Positions 59,449 to 64,000 of a stretch of 64,000 nucleotides of DNA are shown here, in pieces; the stretch's first letter is position 1; each line of letters opens with the position of its first letter. The position numbers and the translations under genes are program-made. Location of the stretch: assembly GCA_054600435.1 (NCBI GenBank), contig BAAIJX010000017.1:310001-374000 (forward strand), read 5' to 3'. The notes under the pieces are model-generated. The model did no database searches, was not told the DNA's origin, and saw only the letters and a list, made by a program, of their open reading frames with translations. Source of the DNA: Neophaeotheca triangularis (Eukaryota).

Positions 59449-61893
59449 ATGGCGCACAAACGCAGCAATAGCATAGGGCCGCAGGCAGGGGGTGTTGACG
59501 CGGGCTTGTTCTCCGTCCGGCGTCCTAGGGAGGTGAGTCGCGAGAGACTCCCACAGTCTCAAGGAGTGAAGCTCACAAATGATGTACAGACTCTGGGCGC
59601 AATCAGCAGCAATGTCTCCGCGATTCCCATGCCAGCTTCCGCGATGAAGCGTTCCACCTCTGCCTCCAACTTTCAGCAGCAAGCACCTTATACAGCCAAC
59701 CAAGCGCGCTCCACGTCCGGATCTCGCATGTCTCTTGCGCCTGGGCGTCCCTCGCAGCCAGTGTTCCAGCGATCATCATCTGGGGAGAACCTGGCGGGCA
59801 TGGGCTTCTCCACAGTGCAGCGACCGAGTACGCAGAACTTCCTGGCCAGCACTGGTGGTCGCAAGAGCTATGCACCTGTCACAAGCACACCGGCAAACCC
59901 CATTCAGCTGCAAGAGAGCACACAGCGGAGGAGCAGTGTTTACTCAGCGCGACCCTCTGCAGGATTTGGGCCAATGGGCCACCAATCCTTCTTTGCAACA
60001 GCACCACCTCAGACTGGAATGCCCACAGATTCACGACGTCTGCGAGATCCCGCTACGCGAGCGCAAATGGGCCAGGAGCTGTCGGAGTACCTTGCAATGC
60101 GCAATTTCGAAATGGAGATGAAGCATACCCTTACGAACAAGACCATGAGCTCGCCGACCCAGAAGGACTTCAACCTGATGTTCCAGTTCCTCTACCACCG
60201 TATCGATCCGTCCTATCGATTTCAGAAGAACATCGACGCCGAGGTTCCTCCACTTCTCAAGCAGTTGCGATACCCTTTCGAGAAGAACATCTCGAAATCG
60301 CAGTTGGCTGCAGTCGGTGGGAACAACTGGTCGACGTTTCTCGGTTTGCTGCACTGGATGATGCAGTTGTCGAAAATGATGGAGCAATACTCGACAGGAG
60401 TATACGATGATGCTTGCATAGAAGCCGGCTACGATGTGAGCGGGGATAGGATTACGTTCCAGTTCTTGTCGGATGCCTACAAGGAGTGGCTGTCCATTGA
60501 GGATGACGATGATGACGAAGAAGAGGCGAACCGGAGAATACAGCCTCATGTCGATGCCATGGCCTCCAAATTCGAGCAGGCTAACCAAGCGAATCTCGAG
60601 CAAGTCCGCCAGCTCGAGGAGGAAAACAAAGCCTTGCAAGAGCAAATCGAAGAGCTCTCAAAATCCGCCCCGAAGCTCGCAAAGTTGGACGAACAGATCA
60701 AAATATTGGAAGAGGACCGGGTAAAGTTTGAGAACTACAATGCTTCCATGGACGCCAAGGTGGAGAAGTACGCAAACCGCGCCCACCTCCTGCAACAAGA
60801 GATCGAAAAGTGCGAGCAGGAAGTCCGCGATGCCGAGGATGAGCGTAACGATTACCAACAAAAGGTCGACGACCAGGGACTCAGCGTGCAGGACATCGAC
60901 CGCATGAACAACGAGCGAGAACGCTTGCAAAAAGGTGTCGAGACCACAAGCATACGGCTCGAAGAATCTCGAGACAAAGTCTCCAAGAAGGAATCCGAGA
61001 CTGGCGGTAAACTGGACGAGCTCGAAACCGCAGTCCAACGGTACAATGGTCTGGGATACCAAATCGGCATCATCCCATCCACAGCCCCCAACGCCCACAA
61101 CTACGACCACGAACTCCGCCTCACCGTCAACTCCGGCCCAGACTTCAGCACTTCGCAACTGGCGCACCAATCCTCCCAACGCCTCGAAGCAGACCGCCTC
61201 CTCGCGGACTCCCAGAACGGCTATCAGCCGCAACACCTCCTCGCTTGCGACCTGAAGACCGCGAAAAAGGCACTCCAAGATTTACGTAAAGAAATCGCCG
61301 AACGCCGCAACACGGCGTGGGAGGAGGACATGGCCAAGACAGACATGCTTGAGAAGACAAAAGAGGCTCTCGAGGACAAGTACGCCGAGGTCGAGACGCT
61401 GGGGCATCGCGTCCGCAGCGGGCAGGAGGAGTTTGAGAAAACGCGCGAGATTGCGCAGGCCCAGAACATGGCCAGCGATGCGCAGATTGAGCGTATGGAG
61501 AAGGAGCTCAGTCGGATGCGTGGCGGGCTGTTGGAGAGCGTGCAATTGATGGAGCAGAGGGAGATGAGCACGAATCTGGAGTACGTCTTGCCCTTGATTC
61601 CCTACGATGCGTTCCATTCGAAGACGGTGATTTGCTGACTTTTTTTTTCTTCTCACGTTTTTAGGTACGAGCAACTCACGCTGCGCTCGTCGTCGCTGCG
61701 CGAGGAATTGCACACGGAGCTCGAGCGCATGCTCAACGACATTATCAAGTTCAAGATCCACATCCAGCAGAGCTTGGAGGGGTACGAGGAATTTGTCGCG
61801 CAGGAGGTGGATAGGGAGTGTGAGGAGCAGCAGCTCGCTGAGGGCAAGGCGCAGGATGATGAGGCCGTGTTTGGGGATGCTGGGGAAGAGTGA
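59449..61893 (+). CDS. NDC80: Kinetochore protein Ndc80/Hec1 (introns 59533-59589 and 61581-61664)
   Basis: [13 protein letters not shown] after splicing; CH domain [43 protein letters not shown]; long coiled coil. Confidence 0.95.
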
Positions 61894-62767
61894 AAAACAT
61901 GGGCTCGGGTTCGTTTCCACTTCGGGAAGACTGAGTACTTTGGGATGTGTCATGTCTGGGTATTGACTGGCGTTTGGGATGGGTAATGACAGGGTTTGGT
62001 CGAGATACCTTTTTGCGATGGGTTAGGTAGAGGGAAATGACTCGGATTTCATTCATGTATGATGGATGGACCTTTGCCTGTTCGCTGTATCTCACAAGCG
62101 CATCTGGTGATTCTTGCCATGCCCAATATTAGTGCTATACTCGACTTATCCACGACAATATAGTTGATATACACGTTGCCTGAGTAGTTATGGATTAAAG
62201 GCTCGGATTTCGAGAGGTACACCGCGGCCGTCGATCGTCTGGACCAACCTACAGCGGCGAGAAACACTCGCTACATAACTATCAGACCAATTCTTCAGCA
62301 GAGACGCAGCCGATTTGCGCGTTTGTTAGTGGTCGAGAAGGCGACTCGAAGATTTGCTTGCATGTCGCCGAGAGTGAGTAGAGAAACATCCATGAATATA
62401 TGAGAGGTCAAAGGAAATTAGTCAAATTGCAACACAACATACAAGACCGAAAGACCTATGATATGGATCACAAGTAGGCAGATCTCTGTGAGACGATATG
62501 ATAGCGAGAGTTACATATCTTGTCAGACTTTTTACGCGGTCTTGTCAGCGTGAATCAATCCCCATCTAGCCCTGACAGAATCACCTCATTGTCACTCTTA
62601 CCACCGACGGTGGATTGTGTCGATGACACCCACTCGCTTTGCGATTGTTGGCCACCTGGCTCTGTCTACTTTGCTCTTCCCGGGATGCTGCCCATCGAAT
62701 GTTTCGATGCTAGAAGGTGCAGTGTTCTGATTTGGAGGTCCCCATGACGAGCAGGCCTCACCATTGA

Positions 62768-63869
62768 TCAGTTAGCATAAGGTGGGTCAACGTATTTGAT
62801 CCTGCCGCCTTTCTTGGTGACCTTTGGAGGGCGCCCACCTTGTGCTGGCTGTTGCGGGCTCTTGATGATGCCAGAGCGCTTTCCCGTCGACGTAGCAACA
62901 GCCTGAGACTGACCGCTACTGGCTGCCTGCATGTAGCTCGGGGCGCTTTCTGTAACCGCAGCCGTGAAGCCATCGTTCTCCTTGTCTGAGCCATCGTCTG
63001 GGACATGAGTCTGGTTGGCGTGGCCGCTGGTCGAAGGTGCGGAATTGTCTCTGGGGCTGACAGTGAAAGATTGCTCTGCTTCGCGGCTGTCGGATGCGAC
63101 TGGGCCTTTTGCTTTGGACTCGGAACGGTGGAAGGCGCGGTAGATCGCAGTGTCGTGGAACGGAATGGCGTGTCGTGGGGTCGCCGCAAGGGGGAGTTCA
63201 CGGTGGTCCGCTGGCTTGACGATAGGAATGGCGTGAGACAGCTTCTGCTTGCTGCCGTTTGCGTCGGTGGAAGACGCGTGAGTCGCTGCGGTAGGTAAAT
63301 GCATGGCATATGATGGTTGAGCAGAAGCGGGCTTGGTGTTGCTGAAAATACCAGCGAAAGCCATCTGATCGATCTGAGGTACCGGCGTTGAGAAGGTGGA
63401 CCGTGGAGTAGGCGCGGTGCGACAGCCACTGAATGTCGATGGGTCAAATGCAGAGAAGTCGCTGTAGGAGCCGATAGCGGACGAAGGTGGGAAGGCCATC
63501 ATGGCTTGAGGGTACTCCTGGTAGATTGAAGGTGTCTCAGACAGAAGCGGCGAGGCGACGTAATCCTGATAGATGCCTGGAAGTTGTGATTGATTAGCTC
63601 ATGGCACCTGCAGAGTGAGAAGGGTACTGTGTAGACTTACGCTGAGCTTCAGCTTGCACGCGTCCTACCTCCTGCCAGGACTGTTGCACCAACTCTTCCA
63701 CGTCGAGGTCCAGTAGAGTTGACTCAGGCATGCTGGCCCATAAGCATACCAATGCAGTGAATGATTGACGCAGCTTTGGGCGAGCTTCTGCGGTGGTGAG
63801 CGCGGTGGCCCAGTGATGGAAAAGAAAGTGGACAAACTTGTCTGGCGGCAGCGGGTTGGTCGTGTTCAT
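62768..63869 (-). CDS. Hypothetical protein (intron 63577-63640; 3' end uncertain)
   Basis: A GTAAGT..GCTAAT..CAG intron joins the 63594-63869 and 62768-63502 ORFs in frame; S/P-rich, basic C-terminus. Confidence 0.6.
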
Positions 63870-64000
63870 TGTGGCGGTTGTTGTTGGAATGGGCTGGAGT
63901 AAGCTATATGTGCAGATTACAGATGCACAAAGTAAGAGGGGCGGGTGTAAAGGTGAGGAGAGAAGAAGAGAAGAAGAAGAGACGAGAAAAGGTATTGGTA

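Overview
Eukaryotic DNA from a filamentous ascomycete, probably a Dothideomycete (inferred from gene content and short GT-AG introns with CTRAC/CTAAT branch sites). It is mostly a gene-dense housekeeping region: NTE1, PAF1, AAR2, YAK1, the divergent FAS1/FAS2 pair, mitochondrial mL50, a TACC/Slk19-like protein, BUD13, DAP1, a DUF1765 protein, a PAQR/IZH protein, a PCI-like protein, a DUF2235 hydrolase, PEX14 and NDC80. Three accessory patches stand out. (1) About 8.9-13.4 kb: an intron-containing tRNA-Ala(CGC), an 83-bp inverted copy of that tRNA (intron included) capped by a perfect hairpin, a probable RIP-damaged pseudogene, an intronless bacterial-looking GNAT and an FMO. (2) About 35.8-39.0 kb: three tandem small secreted, GPI-type genes. 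One carries four 4-Cys modules, three of them preceded by [IL]xxR sites, and one is a paralogue broken by an in-frame TAG. (3) 58482-59232: a 751-bp non-autonomous element with 47-bp terminal inverted repeats and a 4-bp GTGT flanking duplication, filled with a 15/18-bp minisatellite and inserted in the PEX14/NDC80 divergent promoter. Exon boundaries were read by eye and family calls come from recognising motifs; no database search was run.
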